Positions 31,351 through 46,759 of a DNA stretch of 64,000 bases are shown one piece after another. The translations under genes were made by a program, and so were the position numbers. Numbering within the stretch: position 1 is the stretch's first letter; every line of letters begins with the position of its first letter. The notes under the pieces are model-generated. The model made no database searches. It was given only the letters and a program-made list of their open reading frames with translations, and was not told the DNA's origin. The DNA comes from the human T2T-CHM13v2.0 reference genome, Homo sapiens: assembly GCF_009914755.1 (NCBI RefSeq), contig NC_060947.1; one strand, written 5' to 3'.

Positions 31351-32245
31351 AATCACACAATCCTTTTACTTCTCTTTGACATTCACTTTACCACTCTTTG
31401 AGATATTATTTTGTTAATTCTCCTCTATCTTTAAACTTCTTACTCTTTGCACACCCTGCACACTCAGCTGTGAAACAGTCAACTTACCTTTCCTCCCATT
31501 TATTATTTTACAAATGATGCATTGAAATAGAACAAGCTCATATTTCTATCACTAAATTTACCACTCTACCTTTACCTTTACCTCTATTTAGAGTAGATGA
31601 ACTCTGCTACTATCTGAAGCCAACTCTGAAGGTTATGTTTTCCAATGATCTCTCGAAGACTGCTCCTTCAACTGTCTCCTCCCCTATATCACCAATTTAT
31701 CTCTCAATATAAAGTCATCCCCATGAGTATACAAATATAGCTTTTTTCACATGTTAAGTAAAATGTCCCCTCATGCTATGGCCCTATTGACTTCACAGAA
31801 ATATCTGTCTAAAAGTTATCTGTATTTGATATCTTTGCTCTCTCACATTCCATTATCTCCTTAGTCAAAACAATGAGGTTTCTGTTCCTCGCAAAATGTC
31901 CACGTTAAAGTTACTAATGAACGTTGTTTACCAAATCCAGTGGTCAATTCTCAGTTCTCACCTTAGCTGATCCTTTATATAATTTGACCCAGTTGACCAC
32001 AACTTTCATTTCAAAACTTTTTCTGGTTTTACGCCTACCTCATTACTTTCTGATTTACTTTACTGATTCTTTTTTTCGATTTGTTCTCATTATGTTGTAG
32101 TTCAAGACCTCAATCCTGAGCCCTCCCTTATATTTTTCCCTCTTTAGATGACTGCATTGAGTTTTTTGGCTTTAAATAAAATCTGCCTGTTGATGACTCC
32201 TAAATATGTACCTGCAGATTATATTTATCTTATATTGTTTCCATC

Positions 32246-32732
32246 TGTATTAGTTATCTATTGCTGCATAAAAAGTTATCCAAACCTTAGTGTCTTAATA
32301 ACATCTATTATATCATACTTTCTGTGGGTCAGGAATCTGGGCATGGATTATCCGGGTCCTCTGGCTCAGGATCTCTAACAAGGCTGCAGTCAATGTATTG
32401 GATGGGGCAGCAGTCATCTCAGGGTCTGATTGGGGCAGGACCCACTTTCAGGTTCACTCAATAATGGTTTACAAAATTCAGTTCCTTGAAAGTTGAGCCA
32501 CCTGCATTTTCTTACCACATGGTCTTTTCCATAGGGCAGCTCTCAAAATGGCAGCTGGCTTCATCAAAGTGAGTAAACGAGAAAATGTCAGCAAAAGGTG
32601 GGCCAGTGTTTTATAACTTAATCTCAGAAATGACATACCATCACTCTGGCCTTATTACCAAGTCACTAGGTCCATTTCTCACTCAAAGGTGGGGGATTAC
32701 ACAAGGTAATGAATAACAAGAGGCAAGGGTCA
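32246..32732 (-). mobile_element. MLT1 (F/G-like) solo LTR inside an L2 remnant
   Basis: tgtattagttatctattgctgcata...tttctgtgggtcaggaatctggg. Confidence 0.78.
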
Positions 32733-33129
32733 TATATGGTATGATAAAAGCATCTCAAACTTTATCCAAAACAAAACGACTTCCTGACTTCCCAAACTTT
32801 CTATGCCCCTAGCCTTCCTCATCTCAGTAAATGGTAGCACAATACCCCTTTACTCTCTGACCAAACCTGGAAGTGATCTTTGATTTCTCTTTTACTCACT
32901 AACCATACCCGATGTATTAGTAACTCATATTATTGTTATCTACAAATTATTCACCAAGTCTGATGACCTTCCATCATTACCTTTGTTAAAATTGTAGTCT
33001 AAGATGATATAAATTCTTGTCTGAACTACTGCATTAGCCTTCTACCTTATTAATATCTTTTCTTCCTTTCTTTTGTTCCATTATAGTACAAGTGAACTTG
33101 TTAAAAATGTATATTATCTTATTAGTACT

Positions 33130-33579
33130 TGTATTTGTCTCCTAGGGCTGCCATAACAAATTACCACAAACAGGGTAGCTTGAAAAAGCAGAAATTTATT
33201 CTTTCACAGTTTTAGAGGCTAGAAGTCAAATATCAAGGTATTAGCAAGGCCATGCTCTCGCAGAAGTCTCTAGAGGTTGATTCTTTCTTGCCTCTTCCTG
33301 GTTTCTAGTGGTTACCAGCAATCTTTGGCTTTCCTTGACTTGTAGCTACATCACTTCAATCTCTGCCTCCATTGTCATTTGGCCTTCCTCCTGATGAGTG
33401 TTAGTTTGTGTCTCTTCTTCTAAGGATACAGTAATTGGATTTAGGGTACACCCTAATCTGTTATGACCCCATCTTAACTTGATTTTATCTGCAGAGCCAC
33501 TCTTTCCAAGATCACATATATAGGTACTCAGAGTTAGAATTTCAACATATCTTTTTAGAGGACAATTCAACCTGCAACA
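33130..33579 (-). mobile_element. MLT1 (B/C-like) solo LTR
   Basis: agggctgccataacaaattaccacaaac...cagaaatttattc...gacaattcaacctgcaaca. Confidence 0.85.
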
Positions 33580-34100
33580 GTCCCCTACCTTAAACTACAA
33601 ATGGCTTTTTACTACAAATACAATAAAATACAAAATACTTACTCTGTTAATAAGCCTTTACATGAATTGGCCTCAGCCTATTCTTTGTGTCTCACTTAGT
33701 TCCACTCTCACCCTTATTCAATCTACTCCAACCACATTGGCCTTATTTATGTTGTACAACTATGCCAAGCTTGTCCTGTTCTTATGGCCTTTCCATATGT
33801 TTTATATCTTTCTGGAATTTTTCTCCTGTATCCACCTGTGACTGCCTTCTCCTCATGATTTAAGTCCTAAGTTACAGACAACTTCTTGGAGAAATTAAAA
33901 TAGTAACTTCTGTACTCCATCACTCTCTACCCTCATAATGTGTATTAACTGACATATATTTTTTATTTGTTCACTCATGTTTTCCCTGGCAAGAATGTAA
34001 GCTTGATGAAGATAGGATATGGGTCTGTCCTGTTTCTTCTTATGTCTCTAATACCCTAATATCTAGGACAGTGCATGGAATATATTGGTCAATGAGTTTA
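33580..34100 (+). mobile_element. L2 3' remnant (continues upstream in pieces to ~31.4 kb)
   Basis: ctccaaccacattggcct...agaatgtaagcttgatgaag...tctaggacagtgcatgga. Confidence 0.65.
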
Positions 34101-34957
34101 TGTCCCCATTATAACCTAAAAGAGCAAGATGATATGCATAATAGCTAAGTAGATTCTGGAAAGTAGAATGCTAATTTACCTCTGATCTTCTGAACTTGTG
34201 GAGGTGGTAAGAACTAATGTGTAGTATTTCTAGATGTGGTGGGAAGAACAGTCAATCTTAGAAGTCAATTCTTAGAACTCCAAGCAGGGAAAACCATATG
34301 CTAAGTACTGGGAAGTTAAGAAGCAACAAGATCAAACAGACATAAAGCAATTTATATTCTCTTTGAGGAGACAGTGCAGCTCCTGCAATAAAGCAGGAAC
34401 CTCAGATAGTGAAAATCTTTGAGCTGAGTGACTATAGCCAATACCTAGTTGAAAGTCACATAAATATCACTTAGAATTTCAGTCCATGCAGAGACTTTGC
34501 AAGCCCACAGTTTCCAGAGAAATAGTAGCATAGTCTGCAGGTTGAACATTGGATATAGATCATTTATGTCCTTTGTGTATATATTTGCATCAGAGGTTTC
34601 AGAACTGTTTTATTTATTATTGACTATTTAAATTATTGTCAGTAGAAAACATAGAACCTAATTTTCTAGCTGCATGACCTTGGGAAAGATACTCTAAATA
34701 GACAACAATAGCATCTACCTGATTAATAATTTCTAAGGATTAATAAGATAGTACATATAAAGTGCTCAGATACATGCCTGGCACATAGAAAGTGCTCAAC
34801 AAATGTTGGCAGTTATTATTAATAATGCTTATTACTTACAGGCATTGAAAACTGAATGTGAAAAATTAGATATGAACTTGTAGATAATATCACAATTATC
34901 TGTAAATGCTAATGATAAACAAAAATATTCCTGTTAGCTTTCTGGCTTTTCAAATAT

Positions 34958-35430
34958 TTTACTAGCTTCCTATTGCTGCTGTAACAAAGTATCACAAACT
35001 TCGTGGCTCAAAACAACATAGATTTATTCTTTTACAATTCTGTAGGTCGAAAGTATAAAATGAAATTTATGGAGCTAAAATCAAGGCATTGGCAGGGCTA
35101 GGTCTTCTAGGGCTTCAGGGGAGAATCTGTTGCTTGCATCTTCTAGTTCCTAGTCTTTGATGGAATTCCTTGGCTCATGGCTGCATCACTCTAATATCCA
35201 CTTCCATCATCATATGGCCTTCTCTCTAACTTTGACACTCCTGCTACTCTCTTATAAGGACCCTTGTGATTACAATGAGCCCACCTTGTAATCTGGAATA
35301 ATCTCCTTATCTCAAAATTCTTCACTGAATCACATCTACAGAGTTCCTTTTGACATGTAAGGTAACATGTTCATAAGTTCTGGAGATTAGGGTGTGGATA
35401 TCTTTGCAAGCCATTATTCTGTCTAGCACA
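34958..35430 (-). mobile_element. MLT1D-like solo LTR
   Basis: ttcctattgctgctgtaacaaag...ataaggacccttgtgattaca...ccattattctgtctagcaca. Confidence 0.85.
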
Positions 35431-35724
35431 AATGCAGTCACTATCTTTTAATTTTAACAGTTATTTTGAAACAAATACATTCTATTATTGCTTTTTCCTC
35501 TATAAGAGGATTCTATTGACACATTGGCACATAGGACAAATACTTATATTTCTTTTCCTTGAAGCTTCAGTGGTCATGTTCTCGCTGAGTAACGCTGGGG
35601 TGACTATGGAGCTCTTTTATAAAAGGTAACTAGTTTTTCTGTGCTCCATGGCCTCAGAATGGAATTTTTATTGTTTGATAAAGCTAATTATTGTGAATAG
35701 TGATTAAACTTGTGATCTGAGGGT

Positions 35725-35920
35725 ACCAGCCATGCCCCAGATTATTTGGAACATTAGGAGATATTTTTGCTTGTGACAACTAGGTGAAGGTGCTACTGGT
35801 ATCTAGTGAATACAGGCCATGGATGCTGCTAAACATCCTACAATGTACAGGACAGCCCACCTCCCCAACAATGAATAATCTATCTCACCAGATTAATAGT
35901 ACCATGTTTGAGAAACCCTG
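35725..35920. mobile_element. MER20
   Basis: gctactggtatctagtg...ggatgctgctaaacatcctacaatgtacaggacagccc...ttgagaaaccctg. Confidence 0.85.
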
Positions 35921-37594
35921 CCATAGGCAATTTTAAGAAACAGTATTATTGCTTGGGCCTTTGCTTTTCAAAAGTGTGGTGCATGGACCAGCAGTTTTGG
36001 CATCACGTGGGTCATCAGTCTCTTTGAAATCTCCCCAAGTGATCCCAAAATTCAGCCAAGGCTGAAAATCACTGCCTTAGCTTTTCTCCCATTATCTTAC
36101 CCTACTCATAAGTTGTTATGGTTATGGATATATAGAGTTTAACTGGAAAAATAAAACTAAAAAATTTGCCACGTGTAACAAACATCATATATTAGAGCTC
36201 TAATTGGCATAAAGCCACCTTTTTCTTGAGAATTGCAATAAATAATAAATTCCTCAGTGTACTGAATTGTAAACACACAGATATGTGGTAAGAGTCAGGT
36301 TTATCCAACTATTCGTTAAATATATTGGCAGGGAGAACTCACAAAGGAGGGCAAATTCACTCAGCTAGGATCATGTTTGCAGCCTGCAAGAGCGATGATG
36401 GAATATATTTGCTTTTCCTCCCTGGCTCTGTCACTTGCCTCATCCAATCTGCTGACTTTAGAACCCAAAAAGTTTCTTTGGTATGGGCTTTTGGAGCTGA
36501 ATTACAGTGGAGGGCATGATGAATACGAAAGGCGTAAGAAAGGTGAATTAGAAAAGTGGCAGATAGAAACTGTGTAGTGTTTTTATTTATGCTCTCTATT
36601 CTTCAGCACAGTGCACTTTCCATTTTAGCTAGTCAGGTTCATCCATTTACAGTATTTTTTCTTGTCACCAAATAAGTGTGAGCTCTATTGAATTTCACAG
36701 AATTTTCTGGCAGTGTATGAAACATATCAATTTCCCCAGTAATTCCCAGTAATTTAAGTTTGGAATTATTATACAAATTAATTCAATTAAGACTACAGTT
36801 ATCAGCATAGCCCTGTTAATATTCTGTGGCTTATAAAAATAAAAGGTAACATGGATCTAACTAGACACCAATGTTTAAGGGTAATCATACATTATTGTAT
36901 TCAATGTTTGCAGTAATCCTTTGAGATACAGACTATTCATCTGGCCATTTTACAGATGAAGAAAATGAGATATTAGATATTGGAATGTCAAGTATTAGTA
37001 ATTTTTCCAAGTTTGCATAGCTAGTAAGAAGTCGAGCTGGGTTTCATATACAAGGACTTTTACTCCTGAGTGTGTGCACTTAACCACTTTCATTGTATAT
37101 TTCTTCAGGTCTGTCTTCACAGGCAAGCATCGGCTAGTGCCAGGGATTTTCTAAACTATATTGGTTACATTAGGCAACTCTAGATTTTGCAAGGGATGAT
37201 TCCATTGTTTTTAATGACCTTGATTGAAGCCTTTTCCTAGCCACTATTCCCCTAAGATGGGTAGTTTCTCTGCTTTGCCAAATCTGAGAGAAAGACCTAG
37301 TGTCTCAAAATACATTTAGTTGCTCCTGTTGATGATAATGTTATGGAAATGGACTTTTTCTATGCACCTTTGCAGTTCCACTGATCTCTTGTTTAGCAGC
37401 CTTGACAGTGTCTTTATATTGTTGTTCACATGGTTTCTGATTAAAACCCCATGATACTAAGCTCTGACTAGAATACGAAATCTAACCCGAATTAGTTTAT
37501 CATGATTTCTTTTGTTTAATTTCCTTTTTAACATTTTATTGAACATTGACAATTATACTTGTATATATTTATCAGGTACAGAGTGATACTATTA

Positions 37595-37654
<60 letters not shown>
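37595..37654. repeat. (TG)8(TA)22 microsatellite in an L1MA 3'-end fragment
   Basis: Counted directly. Confidence 0.95.
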
Positions 37655-37661
<7 letters not shown>

Positions 37662-38296
37662 GAAAGATTGAATCAAGCTAATTAGCGTATTGCTCATCTT
37701 AAATACTTACCTTGCTTAAACTGTAAAAAATACTTTATCTTAAAGCATTTATTGACTAACTTGATTTTAATAAATGAATGTAGTATTAAGTAAATTAAAA
37801 AAGAAATTAAAACTTGACTTTCATAAAGATATAAAATGAACTTTTGTCAAAGTTTTATTTACATCACTAATTAATGAGGGAACTAGACAAGATGTTACAC
37901 CTGACTTGATGGAGTTGTCAAAGAACCACAAATTTATATGCAATAAAGGAATATTGAACTCAATTGAACACAGCATGTCTATCCATAGAACAATAATCAA
38001 TTGCATTCTACCAGACACAATTAATAAGCATTTCCATGGATAAGAATTGTTTGCATTGCTATTAGCTTTCTAGATGTTCACTGTATCTTTACAGAGATAT
38101 AAAATAGCTTATTCAAAAGCAAAGTTACACATATAAGATCAGATAATTCCCAGAGGCTCCACCTTTCCATGGAAAGGATAGCTAATAATCTCTCTTGCTT
38201 GTTTCAGATTCTCAAATGTTTCCTTAAAGTAGTATTAGGTGGATACATTTACAGGCATATCTCTTCCACAGTATACATTTCATTCTTTCAATCACA

Positions 38297-38304
38297 GTGT
38301 GTGT

Positions 38305-38343
<39 letters not shown>

Positions 38344-38354
38344 TGTCTGTCTGT
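38297..38354. repeat. (TG)n/(TCTG)n microsatellite
   Basis: Directly visible. Confidence 0.95.
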
Positions 38355-39034
38355 CCAGAATCTATTTTAATTAGATTCAGATTGCTAACCTGGTGTTTTT
38401 TATTAGTGATCCATTAAAGTGGATCATATGGTTGAAAACAGTGGAAGTTGTTGCATTGAGAAAATATTTTGCACAATGTGATTTATCAGGATGACTCTTG
38501 GATTTAGAAACGTATGGCTTTTACTTGTAGAATTAGAATTATAATAAATCATTCAGATTCTGGAAAAAAAGTAATATAATTTGATCCTTTAAAACCTTTT
38601 CTAATGAAATTTTAAAGAGGCATAAATACATACATATTTTTGTAAAAAATAGTGCATGTTCTTTTTTTTCAAATTAGGGAAACATAGCAATGTGGAGGAG
38701 AGCCAAAATCAGTATAATTACTTATGATAGCCAGCTCATGTGATCTGCTGTGCTGTAGTTTTTAAGTCATTTTTCTATTATTAATAGTAATAATATTATT
38801 CATACTATGGATAATTTTCTCTATACAGCATTATATTATGCTTTCATCTCCTTTCCATGTTATTTTGACTATTTTTGCAAATTATTAATTTCAGAAGTAT
38901 TTGTGAAAGCTAAATAATATTCCATCTTACAGATATTCTCTACAATTGTTACTAGTCCTCTATATTAGTCAATAGAAAATATAATAATTATCTCTTTACA
39001 TAAATCTGTCTGGATTAATGAATATTTAAGGTGG

Positions 39035-39719
39035 TATATTATTTACCTATTTTTACATAACAAATTACCAAAAACTTAGCAGCTTGAAACTATACAAATA
39101 TATTATCATGTAGTTTCTGTGGGTCAGGAATCTGGGCACAGGTTAGCTGACTCAGTTCAGGGTCTCACAAGTGTGAAATCAAGATGTCATCTGGGTCTTA
39201 GGTCTTATCTGAGACTTGAAGTCCTCTTCCAAGCTCTTATGGTTTTTTGCAAACTTGAGGGTTTTTTTTTTATTTATTTTTATTTTTATTTTTATTTTTT
39301 TTTGTGGTTTTAGAACTGAGTCCCTCAGCTCCTAGAGGTTGATGGCCATTCCCTGTCACATGGCTGTCTCCATGACATGGCACTTTCTTGTTGAAAGCCA
39401 AAAGGAAATAATCTCTGCTACTTCTTTCCTCTAACCTTTTCTATCTCTAACCTCTAGAACCTTTTTTAAAAGACCACCTGATTAGGCTGGGCCCAACCAG
39501 GATAATTTCCCTTTTGATTAACTTAAAGGCACCTGATTAGTGGCCTTAATCACACCTACAAAATCCTTCTATCTTTGTTATATAATATAACCTAATCATG
39601 GGCATGATATCTACCATATTTATAGGCCCCACCCAAACTTAAAAGAAGACAATTCTACAGGGTGTGGACACAAGGGAGTGGAAGTCTTGGGGCCCATCTC
39701 AGAATTTTTACCACTTACA
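39035..39719 (-). mobile_element. MLT1E-like solo LTR
   Basis: aacaaattaccaaaaacttagcagcttgaaac...tttctgtgggtcaggaatctggg...ggggcccatctcagaatt. Confidence 0.8.
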
Positions 39720-42700
39720 GATGGATTTTTAGAAGCAGGATGATTGATTCCCAGTGGTTAAGTATTTTAAAGGCTATATATTGAGAAATTGCTTTCCAGT
39801 AAAACTGTACTAATATTCACTCCCATCATCAGATTATCAGCATACTTGTTTTACTATATCCATATTGACATAATAGTCATTTAAATAACTTTGATTACTA
39901 TTTTCCTTTCTCTATAATTATATATGTATGAATATACAAAATTACAATCATGGCATTTTTGTGTGAGAAAATTTTATTTTTATTTGACAAATTATTTTAG
40001 TATATGCTTTTATTTACTATCAGTTTTATGATTGTAATATTTAGTGACTGTATGTCTTCTAGGTATTACCTATTCACTTGATTTGTTCATTTTCTATATT
40101 CATTCCCTTTGCTAATTTTCCCAATAGATTTGTAAGCATTCTTTATATTATATGGGCACTAGCCTATTGATGTGTATGTTGGAAATATGTTTGCTAATTT
40201 ATATTTGACTTTTAACTTTCCCTATACAATTTATATTTTTATGTTCTAAAAAACACAATAAATATTCCATTTGAATTTTGACTAGAAGTGCATATTCCCA
40301 TTTTGGAAAAATTTGACATTTTATGCCAAAATTGATAAAGTAGTCAATATTTTAATCCTGGAGCATATTATTTGCATGAATTTATAATGGAATAAAGTTT
40401 TCTAACTTCTTGTCACCATACCCTACTACTAATAAAAATTTTACATTTCTCTCTTTCTAATATTTACAGTCACTGCCTAGGAATTCCAGATCAAAGCTAA
40501 ATGAAAATAGTAACATTAACTATCCTTGCCCTCATTCTTTATATTAGTTTAAAGCACTTCGTCAGTTTAAAAAGAAAAAGGTTTTCTATATTTTTATAGC
40601 CATAACCATGATTTTCTATTCCTTGGACCAAACTCTGTTTCTTGAAAGTTTGGAAGTACTCATCTGTATTGTTTTCTTCAATTAACATTTTTGGAGTTTA
40701 TACTTTAATAGCATTTTGAGATTTTAAACGGTTTTGGGTTTACTCGTAATTTTCTTCTGTTTAATGAATTTTAGTTATTTTTATCCCCAATCATCCATTC
40801 TGTAAAATTTACAAATTTAGTAAAATTCAGTGTTCTAAATATTTTATGTCATTGTATATTTTATAACTTCTTCAGTTCTAATTTTGTTTATATCATTGCT
40901 CTTTTTTTTCTTAATAGATTAGAGGGAAGTTTCATCAACTCTTTGTAATACAAAACCGGTTTTGACAGTCTGTTCTTTAAGCACTATTGGTTTTTAACCT
41001 CCTGAAGCATATAGTCAGGACATCTTGAGAGTCAAACCAACCCTTTCCTTACCAGATTCCTGTACAACTTTTCAGCTTCACCTGGTGCCACCCAGTAGGT
41101 GTGCCAATTATCCCATAGTAACTGCGCTTACTGCTCCAGTAGTCTATAGGTTTGCAAGACATTCCACAGCATTTTGTGTTAGATTGCTCCACAGTGAACT
41201 CCACAGTGTTTAATTCTCGGGACAATATTTAAATAAGGCACAGATGCATTTTGGATAAGATTATTTGACTGCTGCGTATAGTATTCTTCATCACCTTGTA
41301 GGGTAATCTGCCAAGAAGCGTATGACTTCAGATTTTTATTGATAACTTTGGTTTTTTAGTCATATTGTGAATTAGCTTTTGGAGATCAGTTTAGAAGCTT
41401 GGTTGTAAGATTTGGAAGGTCAACATTCCCTTGTCAGAGAAGCGCTATAGGAATAAATGGTCTTCTGTTTAGAATTGTGTTAAAAAGAAAACAAGCAAAT
41501 TCCCACAGAGTTTTGTCAGGGCCAATTTAGAAAAAAATTATCTTGGTGACCTAAAACTTGTTTTCGATGATCTAAATGTATCCCCCTCCCTACTCCCCAA
41601 CTCATATTGAATAGATTGTCAAGTATTTAGCTTTATTTTCATCAGTGGTTTTCCAAATGGACCATGCACTCTTTCTGTCCTACTCTACCTGTAATCTCTT
41701 GCCCACCATTTATTTAACCCTTTCTACCTTAGTCATTAATGAACTCCCTCTTCTGCTTCCAAAGTCAGCCCAATGCCACCCTCTTCTGTGAATGTTTTCA
41801 TGACCTATCCAGGCTGCACTGAGCACTTTCCATGGATTCTTGAGAAGTCGTCTCTCATAACATGTATCCCTTTGCTAAAATTGTTGATTTCCATGTCTCT
41901 CTTCCATGTAATCCTTGCCACAGTGACCATTTCCTAATCATTTTGTACCTCAGTATTTAGAACAGCATCTGCATCATGATAGGCACTCCATAATTAAAAA
42001 AACAAATGTATACATAACTTTATAATTTGTGTTTAATTTCCTCAAGGTAGTAGCCAAAGCTTATGATTTAGACACAAGTTTCCCTGTGACTAATTGTAAA
42101 TATTGTGCCTTTTAGTAACTTATGGTTGCAGAGTATCTAAGAGCTTCTGTTTATCCTCTCCCCAGGAAATCTATCTCATAACATGCATCGCTTTGTGTAA
42201 ATTGAACTCTTGGAAAAATACTTTATCCGTGTCAGGCACAAATGGATACTTCAATTTTTGATTAGAGTGAAAAATGGTTGCTTTAATCTTGAATATAGTA
42301 ATGGCAAAACTTTAAATATTAAGTAAAATATAGTGAATCATTTTTTTAGCATAGGTAATTACTACATACAAGCCAGGAGTGGAAAGAAGGCATAAGAAAA
42401 GAGCTAGCATTAGAAAATGTCTATAATTAAATGTCATTGTTAAACACTAATAGTCACCATAAAGACAAGTATTTTATTTAAGGCTTATGAAACTTTGAAG
42501 TAGGTATTTGCTACCTCAACATGTTGAGGAAAAGTAGGTAAAAACTGAAATAAATATGGCAGATACTTATGTCCATGCTTTGTAGGTGAGAAAACTGGGG
42601 CTTATAAAGATGAAGTAACTTGCTTACCTTAACATACAGTAAGGCCAATAATCCAGGTTTTTCTGATTCTAAAGCGTATTCTCCCTGCTTTATAGTTAAG

Positions 42701-43107
42701 AATAAAACAAATGAGTGCAGCTTCCCTCCCTTTCACTTCCAAATTTACCTTTATATTCACCCATTTGTACTTTATTTTCTACCTATAAAAGGAGTCTCAA
42801 CTTCCCCATACTAATATCTCTTCCTTCTAGATTCTCTTCTTTCCTCTGAATCTCTTTTGCCTCAGTTTACATATGTCATCCAGAATTCCCCAGTTAATCC
42901 TCAACTTCTCTACCCTGAATTGTGGATTCCACATCCACATTCAAAACACATTGTTGCTTGTTTTGAATGTTGTTTTTGAAAAACATTCAAAAACAAGCAG
43001 ATGAAACCTAGTTTCCACCTTGGACTCTTTTGATTATGCCCACTTATACTCCTATTTGTGTAATGAAAAGACTGGTCATTAGCATCTTAACTCTGATACC
43101 AGTTGTC

Positions 43108-43401
43108 TTTTTTATTTCGAGACAGGATCTCACTCTGTTGCCCAGGCTAGAGTGTAGTGAAATAATCACTGCTCACTCCAGCCTCAACCTCTGGGGCTTA
43201 AGTGATCCACCCGCCTCAGCCTCCCCAGTACCTGGGACTACAGCATGTGCTACCACACCTGGCTAATTTTTAAATTTTTTTGTAGAGATGGTGGTCTTAC
43301 TGTGGTGCACAGACTGGTCTTGAACTCCTGGGCCCAAATGATCCTCCTGCCTTGACCTCCCAAAATGTTAGGATTACAGGCGTGAGCCACCAACGCTGGC
43401 C
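43108..43401 (-). mobile_element. AluJ
   Basis: gagacaggatctcactctgttgcccaggct...gtgagccacc; TSD cag(t/a)tgtcttttt. Confidence 0.92.
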
Positions 43402-44025
43402 CAGATGTCTTTTTTTATTCTCACAATACACAAACTCTCCTGATTGTATCCTTAAATATCCTTGCTTGCTTATTTTACCCAGTATTTTCTGATTCACACT
43501 CCCTCTGTGGCTTGCTTTTCTCACTTTTTCTCCCTCTTGATTCATTTTGCCTGTCCTATAAATATTTGTAAGCCCCAGGGTGGATAATGTGAGCCTTCTT
43601 CTCTTCTTTATCTGTACTTCCTTCTTGTTTTTCCTAATACATGTTCTTAACTTCAGCTACAGTTACAGTGTTGTGTTATCTTCCATCTCTCTACTAAGCT
43701 CCTGGCTAATATTTTAATAAACTACATGAAAGTTTTAACAGGGCCAGTCTAATTAAATAGGTAAGCATTTGTTTCCTTTATTGGTTTGTGAGCCTTTTTG
43801 ATTAGACTCCATTGCATTGTCTTTGTGTCCCCACTACATCATAGCAAAACATCTTGTAACTAGTGTATGCTCAATAAGGGTTTATCAAATGATGGGTTTA
43901 AATATCAAAATTGAACTGCATATAATAGCAACCATATCCAGTCTTTCATTCATTTATTTTTTTCCAGCTAGTATTCATTGAGCATTGGAAATTAAAAGTT
44001 GCATAAAACTCACATTTACCCTTCA

Positions 44026-44490
<465 letters not shown>

Positions 44491-45924
44491 TCAATGTGCC
44501 AGTGCTGTTCTAAGCACTATGCTATATATACTATTATAATACTTACTTTGCAAATAAAGAAACTAGTCACAGAGAGGTTATTTGTTCCAAATCACAGTTT
44601 ATAGGTGGCAAAGCTGGGATATATAGACTTTCTGCTCTTAACCATTGTGATATGCTCATTCTGCATAAGGTTTAGTAGTGGTTTATGTGAAGCCAAATGG
44701 TGAATGGTATTGACAGGAAACAGGCAACTGGTTTCAGGTCCATTTATCCAGAAATTGAGGCCTCTTGAAATTAGTTCACCAATAGTATAAGCAATAAGAA
44801 AATATGTGAGAACCTCACTAAATGATTATGTACAGTTTGTATTGCTATTTCTGGGTGCAAATTTTGATTATGCAACAAGGATAGCAAAACTTGGATGTCT
44901 ATGGCTAGATACATTTAATCTGTTTTGCAATTTAAGACACAATAAACTTCCTCAAAGAAGTTTGTAAAGATTATTATAGATTGACCAAGATGTTAAGTCT
45001 GTGAAATTCTATGGATTTCTTTTTGTGTTCCCTAATACATAAAGTTTCAAGAGATTCAGTTAAGGATCTTGATATTACCAAATTGATGCTTTCCACACAT
45101 ATTAATTTTAAGAAATAGAATTGCAAACTAGCCTATATGCTTTATAGAAATGAAATGAGTAAGGAAATAGTATTTTGAACAGGAGTAAAGTAATAAGATA
45201 GTTGAGCTGAAAGGTCTTGCAGTGTATAGTTGGGTCCTGGAGTTTCTTGGGCAGTGCTGATTAAACTTACACAGAGAAGAACTGATTCTCACAGCTAACC
45301 TGAAGGCTGAAGGTGTCAACTTGAAGATTTCCTGCAGCTCCAGTTAGTGTGGTGGCTGGGAAATGGTATTCGGGTTTTAGGAATGCATGACTCAGATTTG
45401 TACTTTAATGTGGCAGTTCATCAGATGTGTCTGATGAATCAGCTCTTTGGATTAGGTTTCATTTATGTCTTTATGTAAACTTAAGGTCTTTGGATAGAAA
45501 ACTTAAACAGATTGTCATCCCTTAAAGGTGCCGCCATTAAAATAGATTATTTTCCATGCTATTACAAATTCACTGATTTTCTGAATAAAATGGTGATGGT
45601 GACACCTTGCCACAGGTGAATGGATTTTGCTTTTGTTTTGTGAATTAAAATGTGTTTTAACAGACTTATTAATATGAGTAAATTAATCAATTAAAACCAT
45701 TCAGAAGTATCTGAATGAGGCTCTGGGAGAACCCAAAATGTGATAGTTTTGGCATTTTCATCTTTAATAAAGTTATAGTGATTGAGAGCTGGATTGATCA
45801 GTCCTCAAGTGTCTTGCAAAGAAAGGTGTCCTGTCATAAGTTTACAATATATTTGAACTGTGTTCTGATTTCCCACTTTTTGAAAGTCGGTCTTTCAGCT
45901 CCACTATCTCAGTCTTATACAAAA

Positions 45925-46272
45925 AGAAAAGAAGCAGAGAGTAGAATGGTGGTGGCCAAGGGCTGGGACAGGATGGGGAAAAATGGGGAGATGTTGGTCA
46001 GAGGGTACAAACTTGCAGATATACAATGAGTACATTCTGGGGATCTAATGTACAGCATGTTGACTATAATTAATGATACTACATTGTATACTTAAAATTT
46101 TTTGAGAGTAGATCTTAAGTCTTACCACACACAAAAATATAACAACTGTATCAGTTGAAGTATGTGTTAGCTAACTTTATAGTGGTAATCATTTCACAAT
46201 ATATATGCATATCAAAACACACTGTACATTTTAAACATATCCAACTTTGTGAATTATACCTCAATAAAGCTG
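45925..46272 (+). mobile_element. L1MA9/L1MB-like 3' end
   Basis: gaagcagagagtagaatggtgg...ggatctaatgtacagcatg...tatacctcaataaagctg. Confidence 0.85.
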
Positions 46273-46439
46273 AGACACAGAAGGATGATTTTCTGAGGAA
46301 GACAATGTTCGTTTATTTAATTTCAAATGAAATATTTCTCCTTTAGAAATCCAAACACACTAGGTTAGTGTCCCTTCTTATATTCCTCTGCAAGCCTTAT
46401 AATAGAAAGAAATGATTTTTGGGTAGTTTCGTTGAGTGT

Positions 46440-46759
<320 letters not shown>

